Source: Octopus sinensis (Eukaryota). Taken from it: a stretch of DNA of 64,000 bases. Location: contig NC_042997.1 of NCBI RefSeq assembly GCF_006345805.1, forward strand, positions 195,610,001 through 195,674,000, in the 5' to 3' direction. A program made the position numbers and the translations under genes. Positions 13,041 through 26,804 of the stretch are shown piece by piece (within the stretch, counting starts at the first letter, position 1; every line of letters starts with the position of its first letter). Under the pieces are notes generated by a model. It was given only the letters and a program-made list of their open reading frames with translations, had not been told where the DNA came from and searched no databases.

Positions 13041-13952
13041 TATTATACATATAGATATAATTTTGTATACATATTTATTCATAATCTGCACAGTATAGAA
13101 ACTAGGATATAACTGTAACTGCGTAACTGCACTGTCAGTTCTGCTGTAAATATATTCTTTAATAGATCTGCTGTAAGTATTTTCTGCAGCAAATTTTGCT
13201 GAGGAACAAAAACATAATAGTTCATCTGACCTTCATTAATATTGGTGACGTTTGCCGTATCAAACGTCACTTACCATTTGTTACAATTGTTTAGATATGT
13301 CTGATACTAGCCTCATACTTTAGAGTCTGCCATCTTAATATGTGCTAACATCTTTTCTTTGATAAGAAAATAATTCCCAAAGGCAAAACAAAGGGAAAAC
13401 GCTTTCCAAAGTAGTAAATTAATGGTAATCTTTAAGCAAACTCCGTTACAGATTAAGTTTTACTACTTAAGAGGCCATATACTCGTTAAGGCCCCTAAGT
13501 TCAGTACTATTTAAAGCAGCTGTCGTTTCTCATTTCTCTGATGCCAGATGATCGCTTTATAACTTTGGAGTTTATTGATTTTTCTAAAGTCAAATATTTT
13601 CATTGTGTAATGGTATTCCAAATGTGTTTAGTTGTAGTTCAAAAAGTCTAGATATTTGTTTATTTACCTATTTTCAATTGCTTTCGCAGTCAGGGTTTTT
13701 CCTCCAAGTATACAAATACCAATGAAAGAAGTCATTACATGGTTCTCTTGACTGGCTGCAAATAGCAGATAAATCACCCTCAACTTATGGCCTGCCATTT
13801 TGAACGAAAGGAAAAATATACTGGATAATGTATTCGTCAACTCCTGTTCAAATGCAGGATTTCCATAGCTGAGGCACAATTGATCATGGGTCTCTTCTAG
13901 CAGGGCTGACGGGGATAAACAACAACAAAAACAAAAAAAATATTGTTTAAAT

Positions 13953-14362
13953 AGACGCAAGAGTGGCTGTGTGGTAAGTAGCTTGCTTACCAACCACATG
14001 ATTCTGGGTTCAGTCCCACTTCGTGGCACCTTGGGCAAGTGTCATCTGCTATAACCTCGGGCCGACCAAAGCCTTGTAAGTGGATTTGGTAGAAGGAAAC
14101 TGAAAGAAGCCCGTCGTATATATGTATATGTATATATATGTGAGTGTTTGTGTGTTTGTGTTTGTCCCCCCCACAACATCGCTTGACAACCGATGCTGGT
14201 GTGTTTACGTTCCCGTAACTTAGCGGTTCGGCAAAGAGGCCGATAGAATAAGTACTAGAATTACAAAGAATAAGTCCTGGGGTCGATTTTCTCGACTAAA
14301 GGCGGTGCTCCAGCATGGCCGCAGTCAAATAACTGAAACAAGTAAAAGAGTAAAGAGTAAGA
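13953..14362 (+). mobile_element. SINE family A, full length
   Basis: tRNA-like head, internal (TA)/(TG) tract, tail taaaagagtaaagag repeats. Confidence 0.9.
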
Positions 14363-15510
14363 GTAAATTTGTAATAAGAAAGAACCGGTTGATTGGTGGA
14401 ATAAGTGGAACATCGGACAAAATACCTTCTAGTATGTAGTCCGGCTTCAAATCCCATCGGCGTCGACTCCGCCTTTGACCTTCCTATGTTTGATAAAATA
14501 AGCACGAGTAAAGTATCGAGACTGGTACAGTCCGCTAAATGCCATCTCTACATTTGTGTTAGAAATCAATATTTGATGTACGAGAATACTGAGATGCCAC
14601 ATTTTGATATTGCTGACATATTCAGGGCGATGGACTGACAGAATACTTTCCGCATCGGAATAGTTCGTGCATACTTTGTTCTGGCACTTTACGATCTGAG
14701 TTCAAATCATGTCAACATTAACTTTGACTTCCATATTTTGGAAATTGAGAAAATAAAAGTACCAACTAAATCCTAGAGTTGATGCTATCGACTAATTTTC
14801 TCCTATCAAATTCGGTGGCTCTCTGCCGGGATTAAAAATATATCTGATATATTTGTAATAAATCTATGATTTTCCATCGAAAAGTTTGTCAGTTATAACA
14901 ACGAAGTAAAATGATTAAATCTGACGATTTTGGCTTAAATTATGATGATGAATATGAGAGGAAGATTGTATGTTCAACTCTCACGCCTGTCTAAAGAAAC
15001 TTTCCTGGAATCAATCGGAAGAGAAAAACCTAATGTTTTATAAATTTTGAGAATACTTTTGAATACTACTAGTATGTCACTTTTATGTCAAATTTTAATT
15101 TTCGAGGTGGTCAGAGTTTCTATCATAAAAATAGAAATTCACTCGTCCACTATGAACATAATCATACTACTATAGGACTCTGTCGATAACGCTAGTTCAT
15201 TGGCTTTGTTTTAAATTAATCCATACCCTCTATCGTTATGCTTGTGTATGCCTATCTTTTTCTAAACAGCTTTACTTGGGATTCGAAGTGAAATTTCTCG
15301 CAGATCAGATTTGCCTGTCAACTGTTCAAAACGTCTGACGAAATGGTCTGGTTACGTGATTATATGATCTAATACATTAATGAGCAAATAAATAACAATA
15401 CTATGGAAAATTTGAACACGAAATGCCGTTAAGCATTTTGCCCAGCGTGCTAGCGATTCTGCCAACTAGCTGCTTTCATAATAATAATAATAATAATGAT
15501 CATAATAATG

Positions 15511-15902
15511 GGCGCAGGAGCGGCTGTGTGGTAAGTGGCTTGCTTACCAACCACATGGTTCCGGGTTAAGTCCCACTGCGTGGCACCTTGGGCAAGTGTT
15601 TTCTACTATAGCCTCGGGCCGACTAAAGCCTTGTGAGTGGATTTGGTAGACGGAAACGGAAAGAAGCCCGTCGTATATATATATTTTTGTGTGTGTGTGT
15701 TTGTGTGTGTCTGTGTTTGTCCATCCAACATCGCTTGACAACCGATGCTGGTGTGTTTACGTCCCCGCAACTTAGCGCTTCAGCAAAAAGAGACCGATAG
15801 AATAAGTACTAGGCTTACAAAGAATAAGTCCTGGGGTCGATTTGCTCGACTAAAGGCGGTACTCCAGCATGGCAGTCAAATGACTGAAACAAGTAAAAGA
15901 GT
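15511..15902 (+). mobile_element. SINE family A, full length, in a (TAA)n tract
   Basis: Colinear with the 13953 copy. Confidence 0.9.
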
Positions 15903-16410
15903 AATAATAATAATAATAATAATGATTTCTGATTTGGTCACATGACCAATAATTTTGAGAGAGTGGGAGTGGCTGCTATCGACCCCTATATTTAAATGGT
16001 GCTACATTTTATGAACTGCAAATAGATGAAAGGCAAAATTTACTCCAGTGGGATTTGAATTCAGAAATTAGGAACTTGAAAAATAATTGTTTCTAGTTTA
16101 GGCACACAAGGCCAGTAGATTTGAGGGCAGAGGTTGATCGATTAAATTGTACTCAGTACTTGACAAGTACTTCGTGCTTTCGACTCCCTTGTGGGATGAA
16201 AACCAATATTGATCTCGGCAGATATTTGAAAACAGAACATAAAAATACCTGAACAGGTGATACTGCAATGCGGTTTTCTCTGATGCTCGAACGTTTCTGT
16301 CAGTCCACCAACTGTCCGTGGAATACTCAACCATTTACAAAATAACAACAAGAACAAAAACAACAACAACAGCCACAATAATAATGATGATGATGATAAT
16401 AATGATAATA

Positions 16411-16470
<60 letters not shown>

Positions 16471-16647
16471 TAATAATAATAATAATAATAATAAGAGAAC
16501 GTGCTCGCTCGCTGGGGCAGGAGGCGGGCTCACAAGAGGGGTCGGTCGAACTCGGAAGCTCTCTCGACGCCGGCCACTCCCGTGTGCAGGCCGCTTACGA
16601 GGCAGACCCAACTCAAGCGCCGCAGAGACCCCAGCGGCGGACCTTGA

Positions 16648-18090
16648 GATCAGGAGGAATGTTATAGGAGAGTTCGTGCAGTCCTGAAATCTGAACTAAA
16701 TGCACGTAACAAGGTGTTAGCTATAAATTCCTTAGCAGTTCCAGTTGTCACTTATAGCTACAATGTGTTGAACTGGAATATGAGTGAAGTAAAGAATATA
16801 GATAGGAAAATACGCAAGCTGCTGAGTTGTAATAGGATGCACCACCCAAAGGCAGACGTAGATCGCCTTTACCTTCCCAGAGCCCAAGGAGGTCGAGGCC
16901 TGATCCAATTTGAACTAGCTTACAAAACAACCACAATTGGACTGGCCAAATATCTCGAAATAACAAATGACTGGATGCTAAAGCTCGTGGAAAATCACGA
17001 GAGACGAAAGAAGCTTCATTCTATCATAAAGGAAAGCAAAAAATTTGCTATTGATCTCGTGCAGGATACCCAAACTGAACAACCCGAGGGAAGTACGGCA
17101 ACTATTGTTGCAAAGAAGGTGAAAATAATGGCAACGAAAAAAGCGCACGAGCTGATAGGTGGGAGGAGAAACCTCTGCACGGCAAATATGTGGCCCGCAG
17201 CAAACAAGCTGATGTTGACCAGAAGCAAACCCATCAGTGGCTACGGAGCTCAGGGCTAAAAGCAGAGAGCGAAGGTTTCATCCTGGCTGCTCAAGATCAA
17301 AGCCTATTAACCCGGAACTACCAGGTCAATGTGATGAAAAATGGAGCAGACCCAAAATGCCGATTCTGCAACGACATGATTGAAACAGTGGACCACCTAA
17401 TCTCTGGATGTAAAGTCTTAGCACCAGTGGAGTATAAATTAAGACATGACAGAGTTGGCCAATATCTACACTGGCTAATAAGTCGGCATTACAATATCAA
17501 AACTGCCGACAAGTGGTATAATCACCACCCTGAGGCTGTAACTGAAGGAGAAAATGTAACCATTCTGTGGGACTTTCCAGTACATACAGACCGAACCATC
17601 AAGGCCAATAAACCAGATATTGTCGTGAAAGACCAAAACAATAAAGTTTGCTTATTGATCGACATGAGCATCCCCTGTGATCATAATACCTCAGCGAAAG
17701 AGTTTGACAAGCTCAGAAAATATAAAGACCTACTCATTGAAATTGAGAAAATGTGGCATCTCAAGGCGGTTACAGTGCCAGTGATCGTAGGAGCACTAGG
17801 AATGATCAAGAAGGGAACCGAAAATTATATGAGAATGATCCCTGGCTTACCATCCCTGCAAGAAGTGCAAAATATTGTCTTAACTGGTACATCACACGTA
17901 TTGAGAAGAGCATTGTCGATGTGAGAACTGTTGCTGCTCATGTATTTTAATTTAACTTAAAAAAAAAAAAATAAAGAACGAACTATTGAGTTTGGTTTAA
18001 TGGCCTACCAATGTATACTATGAGTTTCTTTGCCCTAGGAGTCGGGAAGACACTCGGCAAGAAATGGAAGCAAATTTGAAAGAAAAAAAA
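16648..18090 (+). mobile_element. 5'-truncated R4/Dong-clade non-LTR retrotransposon (RT thumb, CCHC knuckle, restriction-like endonuclease), frameshifted
   Basis: AINSLAVPVVTYS, RLYLPRAQGGRGL, CRFC..ETVDHLISGC, RHD, KPDIV..LIDMSIP..K..KY in ORFs 16714-17259 and 17190-17924; flanked by (TAA)n. Confidence 0.92.
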
Positions 18091-18099
18091 AAAAATAAT

Positions 18100-18350
18100 A
18101 ATATTAATCAAACCAAATATATGTCACCCTAGTCAAAACACCAACTTGAAAGCCTAACTTCTTGTCTCTTGAGGTCTCTATGTGAGACTTAGAGTCAACT
18201 TGTATAAATACAAAGCAAAAGTCAAAAATAATAATAACAATAAATAATAATAATAATGAACTTCTAACTTGTCTCTAGAGGTCTCTGGGTGAGACTTGGA
18301 GCCAACTTGTACAAATATAAAGCAAAAGTCAATCATATAATAATGATAAT
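18100..18350 (+). mobile_element. Two very short 3'-end copies of a LINE-like repeat ending in (TAA)n
   Basis: ttgtctct(t/a)gaggtctct..gtgagactt.gag.caacttgta.aaata.aaagcaaaagtcaa occurs twice, and again at 19695-19765. Confidence 0.6.
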
Positions 18351-18354
18351 AATT

Positions 18355-18880
18355 GGCTTCTGATCTTATCTGATTGGAAGTGTTATCTTGTATATTGTTT
18401 TGTCCTGGTATAAAAGATAGGCTACAGCAAACATTCAGCTCAATACCACAGATTTGCTTGTCAGTTGTTCGACCTTAACCAGTTGAGCATGTCCTTAGTG
18501 GCTGACGATATGTGCATTTCTGATCACGAGCAGAAGTAGTGGGAGAGCATCATAGCCATGTGTTGACAGGAATTCTTTGGGGTTTTAATAATTCACCTCT
18601 GGAAACATGGGTGTTTTGTTCATCATCCTTAAAACAAATTTTGTTCAGGGACCTCTTAAGTGAGATGGGCTACTCGACCTGAAGAAAATTCTAACTGGGC
18701 TCCGCCTGCAAGGTCATGCGCTGTTCAATTCGATATGAGATCCCTATATCGCCCACATATGGTTGTGATACATGTGCCTGGTGTACCCTTCTCAAACGGG
18801 TAGTCATGATGGGTATACAGGGCTTCAAATATATTTTAATATATTTTACCCCAGAGTACTTTGATGTTATTCTCTGTTCT
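18355..18880 (-). mobile_element. ~520-bp interspersed repeat, probable LINE 3' region
   Basis: Highly similar to 36200-36690, which adjoins an RTE-like coding fragment. Confidence 0.7.
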
Positions 18881-18939
18881 CTCACTCAATAATGATGATG
18901 ATGATGATGATGATGTTGATGATGATGATTATTATTATT

Positions 18940-19486
18940 GAGCTGGCAGAAACGCTAGCACGGGCAAAATGCTTAGCGGAATTTCGTCCGTCTTCAGGTT
19001 CTGATTTCAAATTCCGTTGAGGTCGGTTTTGCTTCTTATCCTTTTGGGGTTGATGAAATAAGTACCAGTTGAACACTGGGGTCGGTCTAATCGACTTACT
19101 TCCTTCTCCGAAATTGCTGGCATTGTGCCAAAATCATCATCATCATCATAATCATCATCATCATCATCTTCTTCTTCTTCTCTTCTTCTTCTTCTTCTTC
19201 TTCTTCTTCTTCTTCTTCTTCTTCTTCTTCTTCTTCTTCTTCTTCTTCTTCTTCTTCTTCTATCAACTATAGGCACAAAGCTTGAAATTTGGGGGGTGCG
19301 GGTAGTCGATTACATCGATCGCAGTAATGAACTAGTAGTTATTTCATCGGTCCCGGAAGGCTGAAAGGCAAAGCCGAACTCTGTGGAATTTGAATTTAGA
19401 ACGGAAAGACGGACGACATGCCACTAAGCATTTTGCTCGGCATACTATTTTGACGGCTCGCTACCTCAATTAAAGTAATAATAATA

Positions 19487-19518
<32 letters not shown>

Positions 19519-19529
19519 TAATAATAATG

Positions 19530-19576
<47 letters not shown>

Positions 19577-20025
19577 CATAATTTTCGGTTTAAAAAAAAA
19601 TTTTTTTTTAGACATTCATTAGTACAACACCAAAAACTCCCCCCCCCCCAATATATGGCACACTAGGCATAACAACAACATGAACTTCCAACCTGTTGTC
19701 TCTTGAGGTCTCTGGGTGAGACTTGGAGCCAACTTGTACAAATATAAAGCAAAAGTCAAACATAGAATAATAATAATTATAATGATAATAATGATAATAA
19801 TACTTTCTACTATAGGCACAAGGCTTGGAATTGTAGAGGAGGGGGCTAGTCAATTACATCGACCCCAGTGTTTGACTGGTACTTAATTTATTGGTCTCGA
19901 GAGGATGAAAAGCAAAGTCGATCCCGGTGAAATTTGAACTCAGAACGAAATACCGCTAAAGACAAACGAAATAGCGCTAAGCATTTCATCCGGCGTGCTA
20001 GCGATTCTACCAGCTCGCCGCCTAC
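18940..20025. mobile_element. Three diverged SINE B copies (18940-19135 +, 19265-19470 -, 19800-20025 -) plus a LINE tail (19605-19770) among (TAA)/(CTT)/(CAT) tracts
   Basis: Family B core motifs on both strands. Confidence 0.7.
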
Positions 20026-20052
20026 TTAATAATAATAATAATAATAATAATA

Positions 20053-20098
<46 letters not shown>

Positions 20099-20534
20099 CT
20101 CTTTTACTTGTTTCAGTCATTTGACTGTGGCCATGCTGGAGCACCGCCTTTAGTCGAGCACATCGACCTCAGGACTTATTCTTTATAAGCCTAGTACTTA
20201 TTCTATCTGTCTCTTTTACCTAACCGCTAAGTTACGGGGACGTAAACACACCAGCATCAGTTGTCAAGTGACAAACACAGACACACAAACACATACACAC
20301 ACACACACACACCACACACACAACACACACACACACCACATATATATATATATATATTATATACATATATACGACGGGCTTCTTTCAGTTTCCGTCTACC
20401 AAATCCACTCACAAGGCTTTGGTCGGCCCGAGGCTATTGTAGAAGACACTTGCCCAAGGTGCCACACAGTGGGAATGAACCAAGAACCATGTAGTTCGTA
20501 AGCAAGCTACTTATCACACAGCCACTCCTACGCG
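20099..20534 (-). mobile_element. SINE family A, full length
   Basis: Reverse complement of the family sequence, flanked by (TAA)n. Confidence 0.9.
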
Positions 20535-20544
20535 TATAATAATA

Positions 20545-20586
<42 letters not shown>

Positions 20587-21654
20587 CAACAACAACAACC
20601 CTGTTTTCAATAAAAATGAGGAAAATGAAATATGAGCTATGCATTGGTAATGACGTTAATGAGAAATAGAATGGAAAAAATATATCTCAGAAAAGGCAAA
20701 CTGAATTTCGAAAAAGAAGAGAAAAAATACTAAAAAAGTGCACGCAAAAACCCCAAACAAACCAAAAAATTGGAAGAAGAAGATAAAGGAGATGTAGAAG
20801 ATGGTAATGATGAAGAACATTTACAACGCTTTGAAAGTTATAAGATAAATAGTGGCACTTTTGGGACAAGATTAACTTCATTAAGAGAAACCACTAAAAT
20901 TAGTTTATTGCATAAAATGTTCGTTTCTTGGAATTTGTAACTGGTTTAAATAATGAGCTTGCGTGTATAAGTTTTGAAATTAGCGCCGAGGTGTGAATAG
21001 TTTAGTGTTGCGCTTGTTTTAATGTATTCTACGGTTTTGAAGTTTACGAATTGAGGAAAGAATATGAACAAACAGATGAGAAAATACGTAAATTGAAAAA
21101 CAGCGGCAACAGCAAGATGAACAATTACAGTAATAATAAGAACAAAACAGTGAAGATAATTGAGCAAGAAAGAAAGAAAAAAAATAAATAAAATGAACCA
21201 AAAGCTAGATATATTAAAAACGACGTGCTTTTCGTTATTATGATTTAATTACCCGAGAAAAATCAAAAATGTGTCCCTTGGCAGATATAATGGTAAAAAT
21301 ACAGACTGAAGTGTTGTATGGAATACATGATTTCATATATTGGCTCATTCAATTGTGTTTATTAATAATTATTGATTTTTTTAAAAAGAAAATCTTTATT
21401 TTATTGTCACCACGTAAAATATTGAAGCAACATTTATTGTCACCACGTTACAAGTTAAGTTCCTGTTATCACATCACATGTTATTATATTACTGTCACCA
21501 TGTCGTTTGTTGCTATAGTTACCCGTTGCTATGTTAATGTCATCATGTCATCTGTTGCTATAGTCACCACGTCTCTGGTTGCTATGCTTGAGTTACCATG
21601 TTACCTTTTGGCGTAGTCACTCTCATCAAATCACGTTTTGCTATGTTACCTATC

Positions 21655-21880
21655 TCTTTACTACCCACAAGGGGCTAAACACAAAGATGACAAACAAGGA
21701 CAGACAAACGGATTAAGTCGATTATATCGAGCCCAGTGCGTAACTGGTACTTAGTTAATCGACCTCGAAAGGATGAAAGGCAAAGTCGACCTCGGCGGAA
21801 TTTGAACTCAGAACGTAACGGCAGACGAAATACGGATACGCATTTCGCCCGGCGTGCTAACGTTTCTGCCAGCTCGCCGC
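21655..21880 (-). mobile_element. SINE family B
   Basis: Family B head, core and tail. Confidence 0.85.
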
Positions 21881-22254
21881 ACCGTCATCACGTCACCTAC
21901 TGCTATGCTTCAGTCACCATGTCGACTGTTGCCATAGTTTACTGCCATCCCACCAGGTGTCGCTAAGCTGCTGTATTTACGTCATCTTTTATGACTGTCC
22001 GTGCATCAACTGCAGCTATGATATCACCCATCGTTATACTAATGTCATCACCTGATCTCTTGCACAATCAGATAACGTCGCACAATCCATTTCTACGATA
22101 TTATAATTACATGTATTTTTGTATTTGGGGAAGGTCATGTTGCCAGTGTAGCCAATAAAACACACGCACAGTATATTTGGTGTTAATTTGCTTCAGCTCT
22201 ATTTTATTTTTTACATTAATCGTATTTCGGCCAGAGTTCTTTCATCACACTTCT

Positions 22255-22612
22255 GTTGGTGTGTTTATGTCTCCGTAACTTAGCTGCTCGGGAATAGTGA
22301 TGGATAGAATAAGTATCACGTTTTAATAAAAGTACTGGGGTCGATACATTCGACTATAAATTCTTCTAGGCGGTGTCCCACCATGGCCATAGTCTAATGA
22401 CTGAAACAAATAAGATACACACACACCACACACACACACACACACACATGTACCACGGGTTTCTTTCTGGTTCCGCCTACCAAATCCTCCCACAAGCTTT
22501 AGTCGGCCCGAGGTTATAGCAGAAGACAACTCGCGCAAGATGCCATGCAGTGGGACTGAACCCGGAACCATGTAGCTTGAAGCAAATTTCTTACCACACA
22601 GCCACGCCTGTA
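22255..22612. mobile_element. Two SINE A-related fragments in opposite orientation (3' part +, 5' part -)
   Basis: 22255-22410 matches the tail on +; 22455-22612 matches the head on -. Confidence 0.7.
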
Positions 22613-23194
22613 CCTATGCTTGAACATAATTTCTTTCAATATGGTGGAACACTGAACCTTTTGAGAAACAACTCACTTCAGGATGTAAAGCAAAGTTTTC
22701 AAACTTTGCACCGATCTCTTCACAAGTATAAGCAAATAATCTTGATAATTTAAGAGGCCTTCCTTTCAATATATTTGATCATTTTAACAACCAGTTGTTC
22801 TATAACTAATTTTCGTTCATTTTCATTTGTTTGTACGACTAGTGTTTCAAGATCCAAAAAGGAATGAATGGTCAGAATATTCTCGTTTTCTTTTATGCCA
22901 AAAATGTGAAGCTCCTATGTACATAGATCTACGCAATTTATCAATCGCAAATTTACATTTCCTTCAAACAAGTCATCTAACACCATCTACCACTACAACC
23001 GCCACAATCACCACCACCATCGAACAACAAGAGCAGCAACAAAATAACGACTTAAACAATGCCACCAGTAAAACCAATCGCACCAACTTAACACCACTAT
23101 CGCCGCCTCTTACTTCACCTTCACCTTTATCCTTAAACCCGCCTCGGCCCCCGCAGCACCACCGGTAGCACTGCTACTGCCGCTGTCGTCACAT

Positions 23195-23560
23195 TCTCCG
23201 CCGCCTCCACCTCTGCCACTTCCGCCACCGCCCGACCGTCGCCTCCGCCTTCGTCTTCTCCGCCTTCGCCTTCTCTGCCTTCGCCTTCTCACCTCTGCCT
23301 CCGCCGCCTCCTCCGCCTCCGCCTCCGCCCCCGCCTCCGCCTCCGCCTCATCCTCCGCCTCTGCCTCATCCTCCGCCTCCCCCTCATCCTTCGCTTCCTT
23401 CTCCTTCTCCGCCTCCACCGCCTCCGCTTCCTCCGCCTTCGCTTTCTCCGCCTCCGCTGCCTCCGTCGCCTCCACATCCGTTACCTCCGCCTCTGCCTCA
23501 CTCACCTCCGCCTCCTCCTCCGCCAGTGTCATAACTACCGTCACTGCCGCCTCTGAACTC
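23195..23560. repeat. GC-rich degenerate (CCTCCG)n hexamer array
   Basis: Directly visible; source of the Glu/Ala and poly-Arg ORFs. Confidence 0.85.
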
Positions 23561-23709
23561 GGAACCGGCTGCTACTGCTACCACCACTGTTGTCGCCACT
23601 ACTGCCGCCACTGAAAATATTCGACCACTAAGTATGAAGCTCTTGTAAGATTTACACTGAGGTGGTGCTATAATCTTTTGAATGCGCTGTTACAACACAA
23701 ATGTCCCAG

Positions 23710-23774
<65 letters not shown>

Positions 23775-24339
23775 GAGAGAAAGAGAGAGAGAGGGAGAGA
23801 GGGAGAGAGAGAAAGAGAGAGAGAGAAAGAGAGAGCTTTGGTTGCTATATTAGCATATTCAGCAACCACGTAGAGGCTCTCCTGCTGACACATGTTTCCG
23901 GCGCATATTGATTCACTATTAATATTGTTATTGTTGCTGTAAATGTTTAGCCCTAGGACACCTCCGATCGAGTAGATTTACGATCAAGGATTCTATCCGT
24001 AACTACTTTAGGAATAGTGTACCAAAGACTAAGGCGGCGAGCTGGCTGAATCGTTAGCGCGTTGAACAAATTGCGTAGCGGCATTTCTTTCGGCTTTTTT
24101 CGTTCTGAGTTCAAATCTCATCTAGGTCAACTTTGTCTTTCATTTCTTCGAGGGTCGATAAAATAAGTACCAGTATAGTACTGGGATCAATACAACCGAC
24201 TTCTTCCTTCTCATACTATCTGGGCTTGAATCCTGCAATGGACCGATGTCCCATTCAGAGGGGTTGTCATGGAAACCGATCTACCGACCATATTAGTCAT
24301 AGGGCCGAAGAAAAATATTTAAAAAATACCTAAGACCAT

Positions 24340-24752
24340 ACTCTTTTACTTGTTTCAGTCATTTTACTGCGGCCATGCTGGAGCACCGCCTTTAGTCGAA
24401 TCAAATCGATCCCAGGACTTATTCTTTGTAAGCCTAGTACTTATTCTATCGATCTCTTTTGCCGAACCGCTTTGTTACGGGGACGTAAACACACCAGCAT
24501 CGGTTGTCAAACGATGTTGGGGGAACAAACACAGATACACAGCATATACACATACACATACATATATATGTATATATACACATATATACAACGGGCTTCT
24601 TTCAGTTTCCGTCTACCAAATCCACTCACAAGGCTTTGGTCGACCCGAGGCTATAATAGAAGACACTTGCCCAAGGATCCACGCAGGGGGTCTGACCCCG
24701 GAACCATGTGGTTGGTAAGCAAGTTACTTACCACACAGCCACTCCTGCGCCT
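24340..24752 (-). mobile_element. SINE family A, full length
   Basis: Reverse complement of the family sequence. Confidence 0.9.
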
Positions 24753-25479
24753 GCCCGTTTTATCTAGATATAATGTAATGAGGCAGGTTTTAATTTAAGG
24801 AAATTTGGCTGCTATGTTTGCACGTTTAGGTCTAGTGAATAATTTAATATCTTTCGTCTCTGTATTTGCTGCATTTTGTTGCTGAGATTTTATTTCTTCG
24901 TCTCTTGTAATTTCAAATGAATTTTTTACATTTCTGAATGCCTTATCACCTACAAACATACTTTTGACAATCCATGTTTTCTAATTATATATTGTCTTAC
25001 AGTCACTAATCTGTTCAGAGCTTCCGTTCTCATGAAATTTTAAAAGTTTACTTATGTTAAACTCTCTCGAGGTTTTAAGTCGTGCCGTATAAATAAATCC
25101 TCGTAAATCTCCGGAATTTAGATCTTATCTATTTTCCCGGATAGATAGTTTGCTTATTATCCACTTCCAGGAATTAAACACCGTAAATATTAATATATTT
25201 GTGATTTATGAAACCTCTTGTTACGTACAAGAAGTATCGGTCAAATTTCCATTTTCCATTTACAGTCTAAGTTGTGAATTTACATATATCGTGTCTTCCC
25301 TCTTTCTTTTTTTTATATCACAACCTATAATAACGCCATCTTGGCTGTAAATTAAACAGTTTCAACAATACGTTTTATGCACGTATTTTCGTTTCTGGTC
25401 ATTTCTAAAAGATGGCTTGAATTTTCATTGTTTTTATTATGGCCGAGGAAGGGCATAACCTTTGTAAGGTCACCGAGAC

Positions 25480-26068
25480 TGGTTGAGGAGAGAAGAAAGA
25501 TAAACAGTTGCGGCAGTGCAAATAGGATTTGAGTTCGAATTTCGCCGAGACAGACTTTGCCTTTCATCCTTTCGGGCTCGATAAATTTAGCACCAGTTAC
25601 GTACTGGGGTCCATGTAATCGACTTAATCTCTTCCCCCAAAATTTCAGGCCTTGTGCTTCCAGTAGAAAGAAGGTGGCGAGCTGGCAGAAACGTTAGCAC
25701 GCCGGGCGAAATGCTTAGTGGTATTTCGTCTGCGTTACGTTGTGAGTTCAAATTCCGCCGAGGTCGACTTTGCCTTTCATCCTTTCGGGGTCGATAAAAT
25801 AAGTACCAGTTACGCACTGGGGTCGATATAATCGACTTAATACCTATGTCTGTCCTTGTTTGTCCCCTCTGTGTTTAGCCCCTTGTGGGTAATAAAGAAA
25901 TAGGTATTTCGCCTGTCTTTACGCACTGAGTTCAAATTCCGCCGAGGTCGACTTTGCCTTTCATTCTTTTGGGGTCGATAAATTAAATACTAGTTGTGTA
26001 CTGGTGTGGATCTAATCGACTGGTCCCCTCACCAAAAATTTCGGCCTTGTTTCCTTGAGTAGAAAAGA
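25480..26068 (+). mobile_element. SINE family B cluster (three core units)
   Basis: gactttgcctttcat(c/t)cttt(c/t)ggg at ~25555, 25765 and 25950. Confidence 0.85.
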
Positions 26069-26804
26069 ATATGGAGCAGTGGAAGTAAAAGCGCGTGGCT
26101 TAGTGACTGCACTCGCGATCGCAAGATTGTGGTTTCAATTCCCAGACCAGTCGGTGCACTGTGTTCTTAAACAAAACAAAATACTTCGAGATCTGACGTA
26201 TGGCACACCGTGCATCCGTACAGAAAATGTCGATTCGATGTATTGCTCAAGAACACAACGCGTCGCTCGGTCCAAGAATCGAAGCCACTATCTTACGATC
26301 AGGAGTCTCACACCCTAACCACTAAGCTCCACTTGCCAGCATTTTAGCAATCCTCTGGGTCTGAGTTTAAGGCTCTTCGTTTGTCCATCTAATTGTGTAG
26401 GTTTTAAAAATGGTCAGAGGCACTTCGTTTCCTCTTCCAATTAAAGGAAATGAAAAGAATGTTTATGTCGTAAGAATTTAGAAACTTCGAAAGACGTGAA
26501 AATAATTGGTTTTTAAGTGTGAAACTCGAAGTAGATAAAGCTATAAATAACAACATGTAAATATTAGGTTGAAAAACCCCTTTGGATAGAGAAAGTCGAA
26601 GGATGCCCGTGTGACACGAACCCACATCTTCTAAAAACATGACAGATGTTTTACCGGACAGCTTTCAACCTTTCTTATCCAAAGAGTTTTTAATCCAGTA
26701 TCTACACGCAGTTGTTTATAGCCTTACCAACATCGAGTTTCACTGTTAAAAATGAAATAGAGATTTTTCCCGAATACACTCAACAAGGAAAGCGTTTCTT
26801 AATT

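Noticed and set aside
16560-16640. HDV-like ribozyme at the Dong 5' junction
   Set aside because: A P3/L3-like cac-tcccgt-gtg exists but P1 and P2 pairings could not be completed
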